The notes: generated by a model not told the origin, from the letters alone. A stretch of DNA of 64,000 bases from Desulfatibacillum sp. (GCA_020725555.1 DYEU01000018.1:79113-143112); one strand, 5' to 3'. Positions 9,747-23,602 are shown, counted from the stretch's first letter. Numbers and translations are program-made.

Positions 9747-10568
9747 TCAGGCCGGGGGCTTGAGGGAGAGAATCCGCCGCGCCTCATCCGGGGTCGCGAC
9801 CCCCCGCCCGAACTCGGCCGCCAGCCGCACCATGCGCTCCACGAAGCGCTCGTTCGGCGCGAGCTCCCCCTTGCGGAAATAGATGTTGTCCTCGAGGCCG
9901 ACGCGCACGTGCCCGCCCGTGAGGAGGGCGTGCACGTTCATCGGCAGCTGGGCGGCGCCGATCCCGGCCGCGGTCCAGGTGGAGCCGGGGGGAAGGGCGT
10001 TCTTGAGGTGGACGAGGTTTTCGATCGTGGCCGGGATCGCCCCTTTCAGCCCTAAAACGAAGTCGAAGTGCAGGGGCGGGTCCGCAAGCCCCCGCTCGGC
10101 GAGCTCGACCGCGTTGCGCACCATGCTGACGTCGAAGATCTCCATCTCGGGCTTGATCCCGTAGGCCTTCATGTCGCGGGCGAGCCGCTCGATCAGCTCG
10201 GGGGAGTTCGCATAGACCGTGTCCGGGAAATTGACCGAGCCGGTGGTGAGGCTCGCCATCTCCGGGCGCAGCGCGAGCCGGTCGGAGCGCTGCTCGTAGG
10301 CCATCCCGGCGCGGCCGCCGGTGGAGATCTGGACGATGAGCCGCGTGCGCTCCCGCAGCCCCTGGCAGATCTCCTCGAAGAGGCGGAACTCGGTCGAGGG
10401 CGACTCGTCTTTCGGGTTGCGCGCGTGGACGTGGATCACGGCCGCCCCGGCCTGCTCGCAGCGCACCCCGGCCGCCACGATCTCCTCGGGGGTGATCGGG
10501 ACGTAGGGGGTCTTCGTACGCGTGGGCAGCGATCCGGTGACGGCCACGGTGATGACGAGCTTCTCCAT
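9747..10568 (-). CDS. 3-keto-5-aminohexanoate cleavage enzyme family (BKACE/DUF849) protein
   Basis: From the internal Met47 of ORF 9747..10706: MEKLVITVAVTGSLPTRTKTPYVPITPEEI...VIHVHARNP. The upstream 46 codons start at TTG and are Arg-rich. Confidence 0.85.
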   Translation of the reverse strand: MEKLVITVAVTGSLPTRTKTPYVPITPEEIVAAGVRCEQAGAAVIHVHARNPKDESPSTEFRLFEEICQGLRERTRLIVQISTGGRAGMAYEQRSDRLALRPEMASLTTGSVNFPDTVYANSPELIERLARDMKAYGIKPEMEIFDVSMVRNAVELAERGLADPPLHFDFVLGLKGAIPATIENLVHLKNALPPGSTWTAAGIGAAQLPMNVHALLTGGHVRVGLEDNIYFRKGELAPNERFVERMVRLAAEFGRGVATPDEARRILSLKPPA

Positions 10569-10796
10569 GAGGCCTCCCTGGCGTCGGGTTCGGCCCCGGG
10601 CCGCGGGGGCGCGGCCCGGGGCGAGGCGGCGACTATAGCCGGGGGCGGAGTCCCGCGTCAACCGCCGCCGGGAGAGCCGATTGACAAGCTTGGTGGAATC
10701 GGGCAAGGTACATCCTTTTCGCTTTCGGTCACCCCCACCGGCCCGGGGGATCGCGAGGGGGGCCGGGAAACCCGTTCACCCGAAAGGAGGGTCAGC

Positions 10797-11978
10797 ATGA
10801 ACAGGAAGCGCACAGGGATCGCCATCGGGCTCGTGCTCGCACTCGCGTTCTGCGGCGCCGCCGCCGCCCAGGACACGGTCAAGATCGGGGTCGTCGGCCC
10901 GCGCACGGGCCCCGCGGCCGCAACCGGCGCGGCCTTCGACGAGGGCATCAAGCTCGCCGTCGACTACGTGAACGGCAAGGGCGGCGTCCTCGGCAAGAAG
11001 CTCGAGGTGGCCTTCGAGGACACCGCCGGCGCCCCCGACAAGGCGGCCTCGGGCTTCGAGCGCCTGGTCACCCGCGACAAGGTCGTGATGGTCCTCGGGG
11101 AGAGCCACTCCTCCTCGGCGCTCGCCCAGATCGAGGTGGCCAACCGCCTGAAGGTCCCCTTCGTCGTCGTCGAGGCCTGGGCCGATGAGATCACGGCCAA
11201 GAACTACCGCTACGTCTTCCGCGCCGGCCCCTCGAACTCCGGGGTCGTCAACCAGACCATCGCCCAGTGGGTCAAGGCCGAAACCTTCAAGCGCGCCTAC
11301 GTGATCGCCGAGAACACCGACTGGGGCATCGGCATCGGCAAGCTGACCGAGAACGCGCTCGCCAAGGCGGGCATCCCCTACGAGTCGATGATCACCGAGC
11401 GCAACAGCCAGGACCACTACGTCGAACTCACCAAGATCAAGGCCTTCAAGCCCGACGTGGTCCTGGCCTACATTTACGGCGTGGGCCTGCACTACTTCGT
11501 CGCCCAAGCCGGCGAAACCGGCGTGAGCCCCAAGGCGGTCGTCCTCGACGGCGCCGGCCCCCCCAGCCTGTGGCCCGACTACTGGAAGAACGTCGGCGAC
11601 TACGGCGACCTCGAGTGCTTCGTCTCCTCGATGCACGAGAAGGTGGAGCTCACCCCGCTGGCCAAGTACTTCCGCGAGGCCTACACGAAGAAATTCGGCA
11701 AGGCGCCGACCGACTACAAGTCGCGCTCGATCTTCGACGGCATCCTGATCGCCGCCGACGCGATCAACCGCGCCAAGGCGACCGACGCCGAGAAGCTCGT
11801 GGAGGCGCTCGAGAAGACGAACCTCGAGACCACCCGCGGCACGGCCAAGTTCGGCCTGACCAAGGGCGGGCCCGAATACCACCAGTGGATGCCGCCGATG
11901 CTCGTCATCCAGTGGCAGAACAAGCAGCAGGTCGTGCTCTACCCGACGCAGGCGGCGACCGGAAAGCTCAAGCGGTAA
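10797..11978 (+). CDS. ABC transporter substrate-binding protein, LivK/branched-chain amino acid family
   Basis: Internal ATG of ORF 10068..11978 after AAAGGAGG. Signal peptide MNRKRTGIAIGLVLALAFCGAAAAQ followed by the DTVKIGVVGPRTGPAA motif. Confidence 0.9.
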   Translation: MNRKRTGIAIGLVLALAFCGAAAAQDTVKIGVVGPRTGPAAATGAAFDEGIKLAVDYVNGKGGVLGKKLEVAFEDTAGAPDKAASGFERLVTRDKVVMVLGESHSSSALAQIEVANRLKVPFVVVEAWADEITAKNYRYVFRAGPSNSGVVNQTIAQWVKAETFKRAYVIAENTDWGIGIGKLTENALAKAGIPYESMITERNSQDHYVELTKIKAFKPDVVLAYIYGVGLHYFVAQAGETGVSPKAVVLDGAGPPSLWPDYWKNVGDYGDLECFVSSMHEKVELTPLAKYFREAYTKKFGKAPTDYKSRSIFDGILIAADAINRAKATDAEKLVEALEKTNLETTRGTAKFGLTKGGPEYHQWMPPMLVIQWQNKQQVVLYPTQAATGKLKR

Positions 11979-12074
11979 CCCCGCACCCGGACGGCCGGGC
12001 CGGGCCGGGGGGATCCCGGAACCGGGAGGCCCCGCCCCGCGACCCGGCCGCTCCCCGAGGAAGGAGTCCCGCAC

Positions 12075-12932
12075 ATGCTCGCCATCTCGGTCATGAACGG
12101 CCTGGTCATGGGCGTGATCTACGCGCTCGCGGCCCTCGGCGTCTCCCTCGTGGTCGGCATCATGAACGTCATCAACTTCGCCCACGGGGAGCTCTACATC
12201 CTGGCCGGCTACTTCAGCTTCCTCTTCGCCTCCGTCCTCGGGCTGCCCGTCGCGCCGGCGATGGCCCTCGCCGTGGCCCTGGTCTTTCTCTTCGGCCTCC
12301 TGATCGAGCGGCTCCTCATCCGGCCGACCTACGGCAACGACATGTACTCGCTGATCCTCACCTTCATCCTCTCGATCGTGCTCCAGAACGCGTTTCTCCT
12401 GATCTTCGGGCCCTACCCGAACAAGCCGCCGCTCTGGGTCCGCGGGGCGAGCGACATCTTCGGGCTCTTCTCCTACGGCAACCAGCGCCTGGCTGCGCTC
12501 CTGAGCGGCGCGGTGCTGATCGCCGCCGTCTTTCTCCTCATCCAGAAGACCTGGTTCGGCCGCATCGTGCGCGCGACGAGCCAGGACCGCGGCATGGCCG
12601 AGTGGAACGGGGTGAACACGACCCGCCTCAACATGCTGAGCTTCGGGCTGGGCTGCGCCCTCGCCGCCGCCGCCGGGGTGATCCTGAGCCCCGTCTTCCC
12701 CGTGACACCCACGGCCGGGGTGCCGATCGCGCTCACCGCCTTCGTCGTCGTCGTCCTCGGCGGCATGGGCTCCCTGTGGGGCTGCGTCGTGGGCGGGCTG
12801 CTCCTCGGGCTGGTCGAAAACCTGGGGGCGGCGTTCGTCTCCTCGGGCTACAAGAACGTTTTCGGCTTCATCATTCTCATCCTGGTGCTGCTCATCCGGC
12901 CCGCCGGCCTCTTCGGGCGGGCGAAGCTCTGA
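12075..12932 (+). CDS. livH: branched-chain amino acid ABC transporter permease (LivH-like)
   Basis: 285-aa polytopic protein in a livKHMGF-type order. Confidence 0.88.
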   Translation: MLAISVMNGLVMGVIYALAALGVSLVVGIMNVINFAHGELYILAGYFSFLFASVLGLPVAPAMALAVALVFLFGLLIERLLIRPTYGNDMYSLILTFILSIVLQNAFLLIFGPYPNKPPLWVRGASDIFGLFSYGNQRLAALLSGAVLIAAVFLLIQKTWFGRIVRATSQDRGMAEWNGVNTTRLNMLSFGLGCALAAAAGVILSPVFPVTPTAGVPIALTAFVVVVLGGMGSLWGCVVGGLLLGLVENLGAAFVSSGYKNVFGFIILILVLLIRPAGLFGRAKL

Positions 12933-12983
12933 TCGGGCCGCCCCCCGGCCGGCCGCGAAACGACACCGGAACAGGACGCCTCC

Positions 12984-13904
12984 ATGATCTCCTCTTCGAA
13001 ATGGATCGGACCCGCGGTGCTGGCGGGCATGTGTCTGTTGCCGCTGCCGCTGGGCATCTACCCGCAGCACGTCCTGATCGTGAGCCTCTTTTACGTCATG
13101 ATGGCCGCGAGCTGGAACCTGCTTGCCGGGTACACCGGCCAGGTCTCCTTCGGGCATGCCGCGATGGCCGGCATCGGGGCCTACACCTCGGGCATTCTCG
13201 CGGCCAAGGCGGGGGTGAACCCCTGGGTCGGGGTCGCCGCCGGGACCCTCCTCGCCGCCCTCCTCGGGCTCGGCCTCGGGGCGCTCTGCCTCAAGATGGG
13301 GGGCATCTACCTTTCGCTCACGACGCTCGCCTTCTCGCAGATCCTGCACATCATCATCGTGAACGAGTACGAGGTGACCCGCGGCACGATGGGGCTGCAG
13401 GTCCCCGGACTCACGGCCGAATACTCCAAGCTGACCTACTACTACATCCTGCTCGCCGCCACCGTGCTCGTCCTCTTCATCCTCTACCGCATGATCCATT
13501 CCAACCTGGGGCTGAGTTTCCGCGCAGTGCAGAACGACGAGACGGCGGCGCGTGCGGTGGGCGTGCGCGTGCTGCACCTGCGGGTCCTCGCCTTCACCGT
13601 GGCGAGCGCCATGGCCGGGTTCGCCGGCGGGCTCTACGGGCACTACCTGCTCCTCATCACCCCGGAGATCCCCTCGCTCGACCTGCAGTTCTACGTGCTC
13701 GCCATGACGGTGATCGGCGGCATGGGCTCCTTTGTGGGCCCGATCGTCGGGGCCTTCGCCATCAACATCCTGGCGGAGAAGATCCGGGACTACGGGGAGT
13801 ACCACGTGCTCGTCTTCGGGCTGATCGCGCTCGTCGTGGCGCGGTTCGCCCCCGAGGGGCTGACCGGCGTGTGGCGCTCGCTTGGCCGCAGGCGCACCCC
13901 CTGA
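12984..13904 (+). CDS. livM: branched-chain amino acid ABC transporter permease (LivM-like)
   Basis: 306-aa polytopic protein; GQVSFGHAAMAGIGAY block. Confidence 0.88.
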   Translation: MISSSKWIGPAVLAGMCLLPLPLGIYPQHVLIVSLFYVMMAASWNLLAGYTGQVSFGHAAMAGIGAYTSGILAAKAGVNPWVGVAAGTLLAALLGLGLGALCLKMGGIYLSLTTLAFSQILHIIIVNEYEVTRGTMGLQVPGLTAEYSKLTYYYILLAATVLVLFILYRMIHSNLGLSFRAVQNDETAARAVGVRVLHLRVLAFTVASAMAGFAGGLYGHYLLLITPEIPSLDLQFYVLAMTVIGGMGSFVGPIVGAFAINILAEKIRDYGEYHVLVFGLIALVVARFAPEGLTGVWRSLGRRRTP

Positions 13905-13953
13905 GGGGCGGGCGCGCGAACCCGGCGGCAGGGGAGTCGGAGGGGGAGAAACG

Positions 13954-14670
13954 ATGCTCCTGGAAGGACGGAAGATTTCCAAACGCTTCGGGGGGGTCCA
14001 GGCGTTGAGCGAGGTGGACTTCCACGTGGAGGCGGGATCGATCACCGCCCTCATCGGGCCGAACGGCGCGGGCAAGACCACCCTCTTCAACATCGTCGCC
14101 GGCGCGATCAAGCCCTCCTCGGGGCAGACCGTTTTCGAGGGCCGGGAGATCACCGGGCTGCCGGCGGACGAGATCTGCCGCCGCGGGATCGCCCGCACCT
14201 TCCAGATCGTCCGGCCCTTTGCGACGATGACCTGCCTCGAGAACGTGCTCGTCGCGGCCGTCAACCGCCATCCCCGGCGGCCGCGCGCCGCGCTCGAGCC
14301 CGGTGCACGCGATCTGCTCGCCCAGGTGGGGCTCGCCGATCTCGCCGGCCAGGAGGCGCGGCACCTCAACGTCGTCCAGAAAAAGCTCCTCGAGCTCGCG
14401 CGCGCGCTCGCCACCGAGCCGCGGCTGCTGCTCCTCGACGAGGTGCTCGGGGGGCTGAACACCCAGGAGATCCTGCAGGCGGTGGAGCAGATCCGCCGCC
14501 TGCGCGACCGCGCGGGGATCACGATCCTGTGGATCGAGCACGTCATGGGGGCCATCATGCAGGCGGCCGACCGCGTGATCGTGCTCGACCAGGGCCGGGT
14601 GCTGACCGCGGCCCCGCCGCGCGAGGTGGTGAGCGACCCGCGGGTCATCCGGGCCTACTTGGGGGAATGA
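13954..14670 (+). CDS. livG: ABC transporter ATP-binding protein (LivG-like)
   Basis: From Met25 of ORF 13882..14670: MLLEGRKISKRFGGVQAL, Walker A GPNGAGKTT. GGAGGGGGAG RBS. Confidence 0.9.
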   Translation: MLLEGRKISKRFGGVQALSEVDFHVEAGSITALIGPNGAGKTTLFNIVAGAIKPSSGQTVFEGREITGLPADEICRRGIARTFQIVRPFATMTCLENVLVAAVNRHPRRPRAALEPGARDLLAQVGLADLAGQEARHLNVVQKKLLELARALATEPRLLLLDEVLGGLNTQEILQAVEQIRRLRDRAGITILWIEHVMGAIMQAADRVIVLDQGRVLTAAPPREVVSDPRVIRAYLGE

Positions 14671-14674
14671 AACC

Positions 14675-15385
<711 letters not shown>

Positions 15386-15428
15386 GCACAGCCGGCGGCG
15401 TTGCCTTCCGGGCCCTGCTTCGGATAGG

Positions 15429-18131
<2,703 letters not shown>

Positions 18132-18210
18132 CTTCATGAAACGGGCGGCCGCGCCGCCCCGCCGGGCACCGCGATCCTCCCTCTCCCCGCATTGAAGAAA
18201 GGATGATCCG

Positions 18211-18675
18211 ATGGCCATGCAAAAGATCCTCCTGCCCTACAATTTCACCCCCCTCGACGGGCGCGCCCTGAAATTCGTAAGCGAAACCTTCGGCCCCCCC
18301 CGGGACGCGGAGGTGACCCTCCTCCACCTCTACACCCCCCCGCCGCGGGTGGAGACGATGGACAGCCTGGTCACGGGCAAGCTGAAGGGAAGCCTCGCCC
18401 AGATTTCGCAGGAGGTCGCCCAGCTCGAAGCGCGGCTCGAGGACGTGCGGGGCCTGCTCGCGGAGCGCGGGTTCGCCCCCGGGCGGGTGAAGGCCGTCTT
18501 CGCCCCGCGCCGCAAAGACATCGCCGAGGAGATCATCGAGCAGGTCGCCCGAGGCCAATTCGACGTGGTGGTGCTCAACCGCCGGGCGGGGCGGGTCACC
18601 CGCTTTTTCTCCGGCAGCGTCTCCCAGAAAGTCCTGGCCGCGCTGAGCGACACGACCGTGTGCGTGGTGTGCTGA
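18211..18675 (+). CDS. universal stress protein (UspA) family
   Basis: 154 aa; ...DVVVLNRRAGRVTRFFSGSVSQKVL, a Usp-type ATP-binding tail. Confidence 0.8.
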   Translation: MAMQKILLPYNFTPLDGRALKFVSETFGPPRDAEVTLLHLYTPPPRVETMDSLVTGKLKGSLAQISQEVAQLEARLEDVRGLLAERGFAPGRVKAVFAPRRKDIAEEIIEQVARGQFDVVVLNRRAGRVTRFFSGSVSQKVLAALSDTTVCVVC

Positions 18676-18710
18676 CCCGGGCGCTTTGCCCGCAGGAGGA
18701 GGTCTTCGCG

Positions 18711-19274
18711 ATGGAACTCCAGAGAAAAATCGACTTCGGCGTCTTCAAGCTCGTCTTCCGCGCCATGGCGGAATCGGACGACCTGGAGATCATGGCCAAC
18801 CATTTCGCCCAGCTGCTGGCGGCTTCGCTGGCGATCAAGGGCTGTGTCATTTTCGTTCTGAACCCCCAGACCGGCGAGCTCGAGCACCTGGCGAGCTTCG
18901 GGCTCAGCATGAACTACCTCCACAAGGGGCCCGTCAAGCGCGACCGCAGCCTGGCCGAGAGCATCCTCGGCAAACCCACGGTCATCCGCGACACCCAGCA
19001 CACGGACCGCCTGCAGTACCCCGAGGACGCGAAAAAGGAAGGCATCCGCGCCATCGTCTCCATCCCCATCCTCTTCTCCGGCAAGGTGATCGGGGCCCTG
19101 CGGCTCTACCACCGCGAGGTCTGGGACATCCCCGAGGAGGACGTCGACTCCCTGATGGTCCTCGCCGAGGGGCTCGGGCTCGCCATGACCTACACGCGGA
19201 CCGTGAGCGCCCTCAAGAGCATCCGCCAGACCGTCCTCGACCTCCACGGCGTCTGGACGATGGAGCCGCAGTGA
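18711..19274 (+). CDS. GAF domain-containing protein
   Basis: Internal ATG (MELQRKIDFGVFKL...) after CAGGAGGAGG. ...IRAIVSIPILFSGKVIGALRLY is a GAF-like core. Confidence 0.7.
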   Translation: MELQRKIDFGVFKLVFRAMAESDDLEIMANHFAQLLAASLAIKGCVIFVLNPQTGELEHLASFGLSMNYLHKGPVKRDRSLAESILGKPTVIRDTQHTDRLQYPEDAKKEGIRAIVSIPILFSGKVIGALRLYHREVWDIPEEDVDSLMVLAEGLGLAMTYTRTVSALKSIRQTVLDLHGVWTMEPQ

Positions 19275-19409
19275 GCCCGCCGCCCGGCGAGCCCGCCGAC
19301 CGCGGCCGGCGATTGACACGCCAAGGCGAAGTGCATTAGAAAGAACTCTTTTTTAAGCCGCCTTCGGCGACGCCGGCCGCGGCACCTTCGCTAGCGAGGA
19401 TGTTCGCCC

Positions 19410-20696
19410 ATGGGATCTGCCAGAATGCGCGGCGGAGTCTCGCTGCCGCTCGCCTTCGAGGGCTTCTCCCGCCCCTTTGAGGCCCTGCCCCTGCCTTCCC
19501 GGCTGACCCTGCCCCTGATCCAGGACGAGGGAGGGGTCCTCGAGCCGCGGGTCAAGAAAAACGAGACGGTCCGGGCCGGGCAGATCATCGCCGAGAACCC
19601 CCGCCCGCACATGGCCGCGCTCCACGCCCCGGCCGCGGGGAAAGTGGTGGAGATCGTCTCCTCTTTCCGCGATCTTCGTGGCCGCGCCGTCCCGGCGGTC
19701 GTGATCGAACCCGACGGTACCCCGGCGCAGGCCGAGGCGCCGGCGGCCGATGCCGACCCGGTTTCCTCCGCGGCGGCGCGCGGCCTCGTCGATTTCGACC
19801 GCCGGACCCCGCCGCTCGCCGGCAAGCTGAACGACGCCCTGGGCCGGGGGATCGAGACCCTGATCGTGAACGCCCTCGACCAGGAGCCTTTCCTCTTCAG
19901 CCGCGGCCGGCTGCTCCAGGAGGAAGGGGAAGCCGTCCGGCGGGGAATCAAATCCCTGCGCGCACTGCTCTCCCCCGGCAAGACGGTCCTCGTCGTCGAA
20001 TCGCGCGTTGCGGCCGTGCGGGATGCGGCGAAGGCGGCGGCCGGGGAGGCGGCCTACGTTTTTCCGCTGGCAAACCGCTACCCGCAGGCCGCTCCGCGCA
20101 TGATCGCCCGCGCCGTGCTCGGGGCCGAGATCCCCTACACCGCGGGCGTCACCGTGGCCGATTTCGGCGGCCTGATCGTGGACGTGGAGGCGGCCGCCGC
20201 CCTGGGGCGGGAGGGACCGCTCACGGAGCGTTTCCTCACCGTGAGCGACGGCCGGGGGCGGCGGCACAACGTCCGCGTCGCGCTCGGCACCCCGATCGGC
20301 GAGATCCTCGAGCACGTGGGGATCATCACCCCCGCGGCCGGCGGAAAAATCATCGCCGGCGGCCCGATGAGCGGCCTTGCCGCGGCCGATCCCGGGCTCC
20401 CGGTGACCAAGGAGACGGCGGGCGTCTTCGTCCAGGGGCCCTCCGAGGTCATCCGGCCGGCCGATGCGGTTTGCATCAAGTGCGGCCTGTGCGTCGAGAA
20501 GTGCCCCATGCGCCTGATGCCGTTTCTGATCGCCGGCTTCTCCGAAAAATGCCGCTTCGACGACGCCGAGCGCCACGATCTCTTCGCCTGCATCGAGTGC
20601 GGCTGCTGTGCCTACCTCTGCCCGGTGGGCATCCCGCTCCTGCAGTTCATCCGCTTCGGCAAGCAGCAGATCCTCGCCCGGAGAAACGCCGCATGA
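19410..20696 (+). CDS. rnfC: Rnf electron-transport complex subunit C
   Basis: 428 aa; C-terminal CIKCGLCVEKCP and CIECGCCAYLCP. First gene of the rnfCDGEAB order. Confidence 0.85.
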   Translation: MGSARMRGGVSLPLAFEGFSRPFEALPLPSRLTLPLIQDEGGVLEPRVKKNETVRAGQIIAENPRPHMAALHAPAAGKVVEIVSSFRDLRGRAVPAVVIEPDGTPAQAEAPAADADPVSSAAARGLVDFDRRTPPLAGKLNDALGRGIETLIVNALDQEPFLFSRGRLLQEEGEAVRRGIKSLRALLSPGKTVLVVESRVAAVRDAAKAAAGEAAYVFPLANRYPQAAPRMIARAVLGAEIPYTAGVTVADFGGLIVDVEAAAALGREGPLTERFLTVSDGRGRRHNVRVALGTPIGEILEHVGIITPAAGGKIIAGGPMSGLAAADPGLPVTKETAGVFVQGPSEVIRPADAVCIKCGLCVEKCPMRLMPFLIAGFSEKCRFDDAERHDLFACIECGCCAYLCPVGIPLLQFIRFGKQQILARRNAA

Positions 20697-21694
20697 ACGA
20701 TCCCGCTTTCGTCGTCTCCGCCCCGCCGCACATCCACAGCGGGTATACCGTGCGGCGTCTGATGCTCGCCTCGATCGCCGCCATGCTCCCGCCCCTCGCC
20801 GCCGGGTTCTGGGCCTTCGGGCCCGATGCGCTGCGCGTGGCCGCAATCGCCGTGGCCTCGGCCGCGGCGTGGGATCTCCTGCTGCAGCGGATCTTCGGCA
20901 GGCCGCTTTCGATCGCCGACGGCAGCGCCGCGGCCTACGGGCTCCTGTTCGCCCTGCTCCTTCCCGCAAGCGCCCCCTGGTGGCTCGTCTGCGTGGGCAC
21001 GCTCGTCCTTCTGCTTCTCGGGAAGCACGTCTACGGGGGACTCGGGTGCAACCCGTTCAACGGCGTCCTCATCGCCTACGCCGCCCTGATGCTCTCCTAC
21101 CCCGGGCTGATGCAGGATGTCCCCCCGCCGACCGCGGAGGACATCATGACCGAGTCGGCGCCGCTCGTCGAGCTCAAGGACAAGGGGCCCGAGGACGCCG
21201 AGGCGGCCTTCCCCCTCGCCGAGCTCTGGGTCGGCTCGCGCAAGGTCACGGGGGCGATCGGGGAAATCTCCCCGCTCGCGGTTCTGGCCGGCGGCATCTT
21301 CCTGATCGCGACGCGGACGATCCCCTGGATCATCCCGGCCGCGTTCCTCGCCGGCCTGGCCGCCCTCTCCGGGTTGTTCCGGCTCCTCGATCCCGAAACC
21401 TACGCCTCCCCGCTCTTTCATCTCCTGGCGGGGGGGGCGTTTCTCTCCGCGTTCCTGATCGCGCCGGACTGGCCGACCTCGCCCGTAACGCGGGCGGGGC
21501 GGCTCGTCTACGGCCTGCTCGCGGGGGCGCTCGCCTTCGCCATCCGCGCCTGGTCGCAGTGGCCGGAAGGGGCCTATTTCGCGGTCTTTCTCGCCAGCCT
21601 CCTCACCCCGCTCCTCGACCGCCTGCGGCCGGCCGTCTTCGGCGCGCGCTTCACCCGCAGGCGGCCGGTTCGCCACCGGCCCGCGGGGCTCTGA
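20693..21694 (+). CDS. rnfD: Rnf complex subunit D
   Basis: Internal ATG of ORF 20471..21694 forming an ATGA overlap with the rnfC stop. MNDPAFVVSAPPHIHSG N-terminus; polytopic. Confidence 0.9.
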   Translation: MNDPAFVVSAPPHIHSGYTVRRLMLASIAAMLPPLAAGFWAFGPDALRVAAIAVASAAAWDLLLQRIFGRPLSIADGSAAAYGLLFALLLPASAPWWLVCVGTLVLLLLGKHVYGGLGCNPFNGVLIAYAALMLSYPGLMQDVPPPTAEDIMTESAPLVELKDKGPEDAEAAFPLAELWVGSRKVTGAIGEISPLAVLAGGIFLIATRTIPWIIPAAFLAGLAALSGLFRLLDPETYASPLFHLLAGGAFLSAFLIAPDWPTSPVTRAGRLVYGLLAGALAFAIRAWSQWPEGAYFAVFLASLLTPLLDRLRPAVFGARFTRRRPVRHRPAGL

Positions 21695-21766
21695 GGGCGC
21701 AAGAACGGGATCGGCCGAGACCGCGGGCATGCTTCCGCGACACCGTATGCCGAAGGGAGAGTCGCC

Positions 21767-22363
21767 GTGACGCTGCGCGAGATGATCCGCATGATCGTGG
21801 TGTTGACCTGCGTGACGGTGGTCTGCGCCGGCAGCCTGGCCGCCGTCCGCCTGGCCACCCGCGAGCAGATCGACTACCAGCAGATCAAGTTCATCAAGGA
21901 GCCGGCGCTCAAGAAGATCCTCGCCGACTACGAAAACGACCCCGTGGCCGACCGCATCCAGGTCCCGACCGGCAAGGACGCCCGCGGCCGCCCCGTGCAC
22001 ACGACGCTGTTCCCGGCGAAAAAAGGCGGGGAGGTGGTCACGGTGGTGCTCGAGGCGAGCGGGCCGGGCTACAAGGGCCCGATCGGGGTCATGGTGGCGA
22101 TCGACCCCAAGAACGACCGGCTGCAGGGGATCGCCGTCACGACGCATTCGGAGACGCCGGGCATCGGGACCAAGATCATCGACGAGCCCTCCTTCGGCGC
22201 CCAGTTCGCCGGCAAATCGCTGAGCGCCAATTTCCAGCTCGCCTCGGCCGGCGGCGAGATCCAGGCCATCTCCGGGGCCACGATCTCGAGCGGCGGCGTG
22301 AGCCAGGCGGTCGCCCGCGCCGTGGGCATCTACCAGGCCGTCAAGCCGGAGCTGAAATTCTAA
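21767..22363 (+). CDS. rnfG: Rnf complex subunit G (FMN-binding)
   Basis: N-terminal anchor; SGATISSGGV flavinylation-type motif. GTG start after GAAGGGAGAG. Confidence 0.88.
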   Translation: MTLREMIRMIVVLTCVTVVCAGSLAAVRLATREQIDYQQIKFIKEPALKKILADYENDPVADRIQVPTGKDARGRPVHTTLFPAKKGGEVVTVVLEASGPGYKGPIGVMVAIDPKNDRLQGIAVTTHSETPGIGTKIIDEPSFGAQFAGKSLSANFQLASAGGEIQAISGATISSGGVSQAVARAVGIYQAVKPELKF

Positions 22364-22381
22364 CGTCGATCCGGAGGGGTC

Positions 22382-22987
22382 ATGGCCGCACGCATCGTGC
22401 AGGAATTCACCAAGGGGCTCTGGAAGGAGATCGCGCCCCTGCGCTTCGCCCTGGGCATCTGCTCCGCGCTGGCCGTTTCCACCCGCGTGGACAACGCGCT
22501 CGGGCTGGGGATCGCCGTCGTCTTCGTGACCTGCATGAGCAACGTCCTCATCTCGCTCGTCCGGAACCTCGTCCCCGACAAGGTCCGCATCGCCGTGTTC
22601 ATCAGCATCATCGCCACCGCGGTCGTGATCGTGGAGCTCGTGATGCAGGCCTATTTCTACCCGCTCTTCCTCGTGCTGGGCATCTGGATCCCGCTCATCG
22701 TGGTGAACTGCATCGTGCTCGGCCGCGCCGAGGCCTTCGCCCGCAAAAACCCGGTCGCGCTCTCCCTGGCGGACGGGCTGGGCATGGGCCTGGGGTTCAC
22801 GCTCTCGCTGCTCGTCATCGCGAGCATCCGCGAGGTGCTCGGGAGCGGGAGCTGGCTGGGAATCGCGGTCCTCCCCGACGGCTACCCGGGGTTCGGGTTC
22901 CTGCTGCGGCCGCCGGGGGCGTTTGTGATCTTCGGGGTCCTTCTGGCCGCCATGAACGTCGTCTCCAAACGTCTCGAGAAACGGTAA
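22382..22987 (+). CDS. rnfE: Rnf complex subunit E
   Basis: 201-aa polytopic protein, RnfE-type N-terminus ...LWKEIAPLRFALGICSALAV. Confidence 0.9.
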   Translation: MAARIVQEFTKGLWKEIAPLRFALGICSALAVSTRVDNALGLGIAVVFVTCMSNVLISLVRNLVPDKVRIAVFISIIATAVVIVELVMQAYFYPLFLVLGIWIPLIVVNCIVLGRAEAFARKNPVALSLADGLGMGLGFTLSLLVIASIREVLGSGSWLGIAVLPDGYPGFGFLLRPPGAFVIFGVLLAAMNVVSKRLEKR

Positions 22988-23003
22988 CCCGGGAGAAACC
23001 GCC

Positions 23004-23585
23004 GTGCAGGACTACCTTCTGCTGATCATCGCGGCGATGTTCGTCAACAACATCGTCCTGATCCTCTTTCTGGGGAACTGCCCGCTCGTCGGGGTCACGA
23101 GCTCCATGGAGAGCGCCTTCGGCATGGGGGCCGCCGTCGTCTTCGTGACCACGCTCGCGGGGACCGCCTGCTGGATCGTGCAGCGCTTCGCCCTCGAGCC
23201 GCTCGCGCTCGAGTACCTCCAGACCCTCGTCTTCATCCTGATCATCGCGAGCCTCGTGCAGTTCGTGGAGATCGTCCTCCAGAAGGTGGCGCCCCCGCTC
23301 TACCGGACGCTCGGGATCTTCCTGCCCCTGATCACCACCAACTGCATGGTCTTCGGGGCGGCCATCCTGAGCATCAAGCGCGACTACACCTTTTTGCAGA
23401 CCCTCGTGTTCTGCCTCGCCGCCGCCGTGGGCTTCGCGCTCGTCCTGGTCTTCATGGCCGGGCTCCGCGAGCGCATGGAGGTTTCGGGGAGGATCCCCGC
23501 CGCGCTGCAGGGGGTCCCCATCACCATGATCACGGCCGGCATGATGGGGCTGAGTTTCGCCGGCCTGCTCGGTATGGCCCACTAA
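23004..23585 (+). CDS. rnfA: Rnf complex subunit A
   Basis: 193-aa polytopic protein; ...FVNNIVLILFLGNCPLVGV. Confidence 0.9.
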   Translation: MQDYLLLIIAAMFVNNIVLILFLGNCPLVGVTSSMESAFGMGAAVVFVTTLAGTACWIVQRFALEPLALEYLQTLVFILIIASLVQFVEIVLQKVAPPLYRTLGIFLPLITTNCMVFGAAILSIKRDYTFLQTLVFCLAAAVGFALVLVFMAGLRERMEVSGRIPAALQGVPITMITAGMMGLSFAGLLGMAH

Positions 23586-23602
23586 CGCTCAAGGAGCGTC
23601 GC

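Noticed and set aside
10776-14648. 1290-aa minus-strand ORF spanning the whole liv operon
   Set aside because: It is antisense to five well-supported ABC transporter genes. The translation is Arg/Gly/Asp/Pro-rich low complexity with no motifs. This is a typical stop-codon-poor antisense frame in GC-rich DNA.
19311-19345. Sigma70-like TTGACA-N17-TTAGAA upstream of rnfC
   Set aside because: The -10 hexamer matches the consensus poorly and nothing else supports it, so it is too weak to report as a feature.
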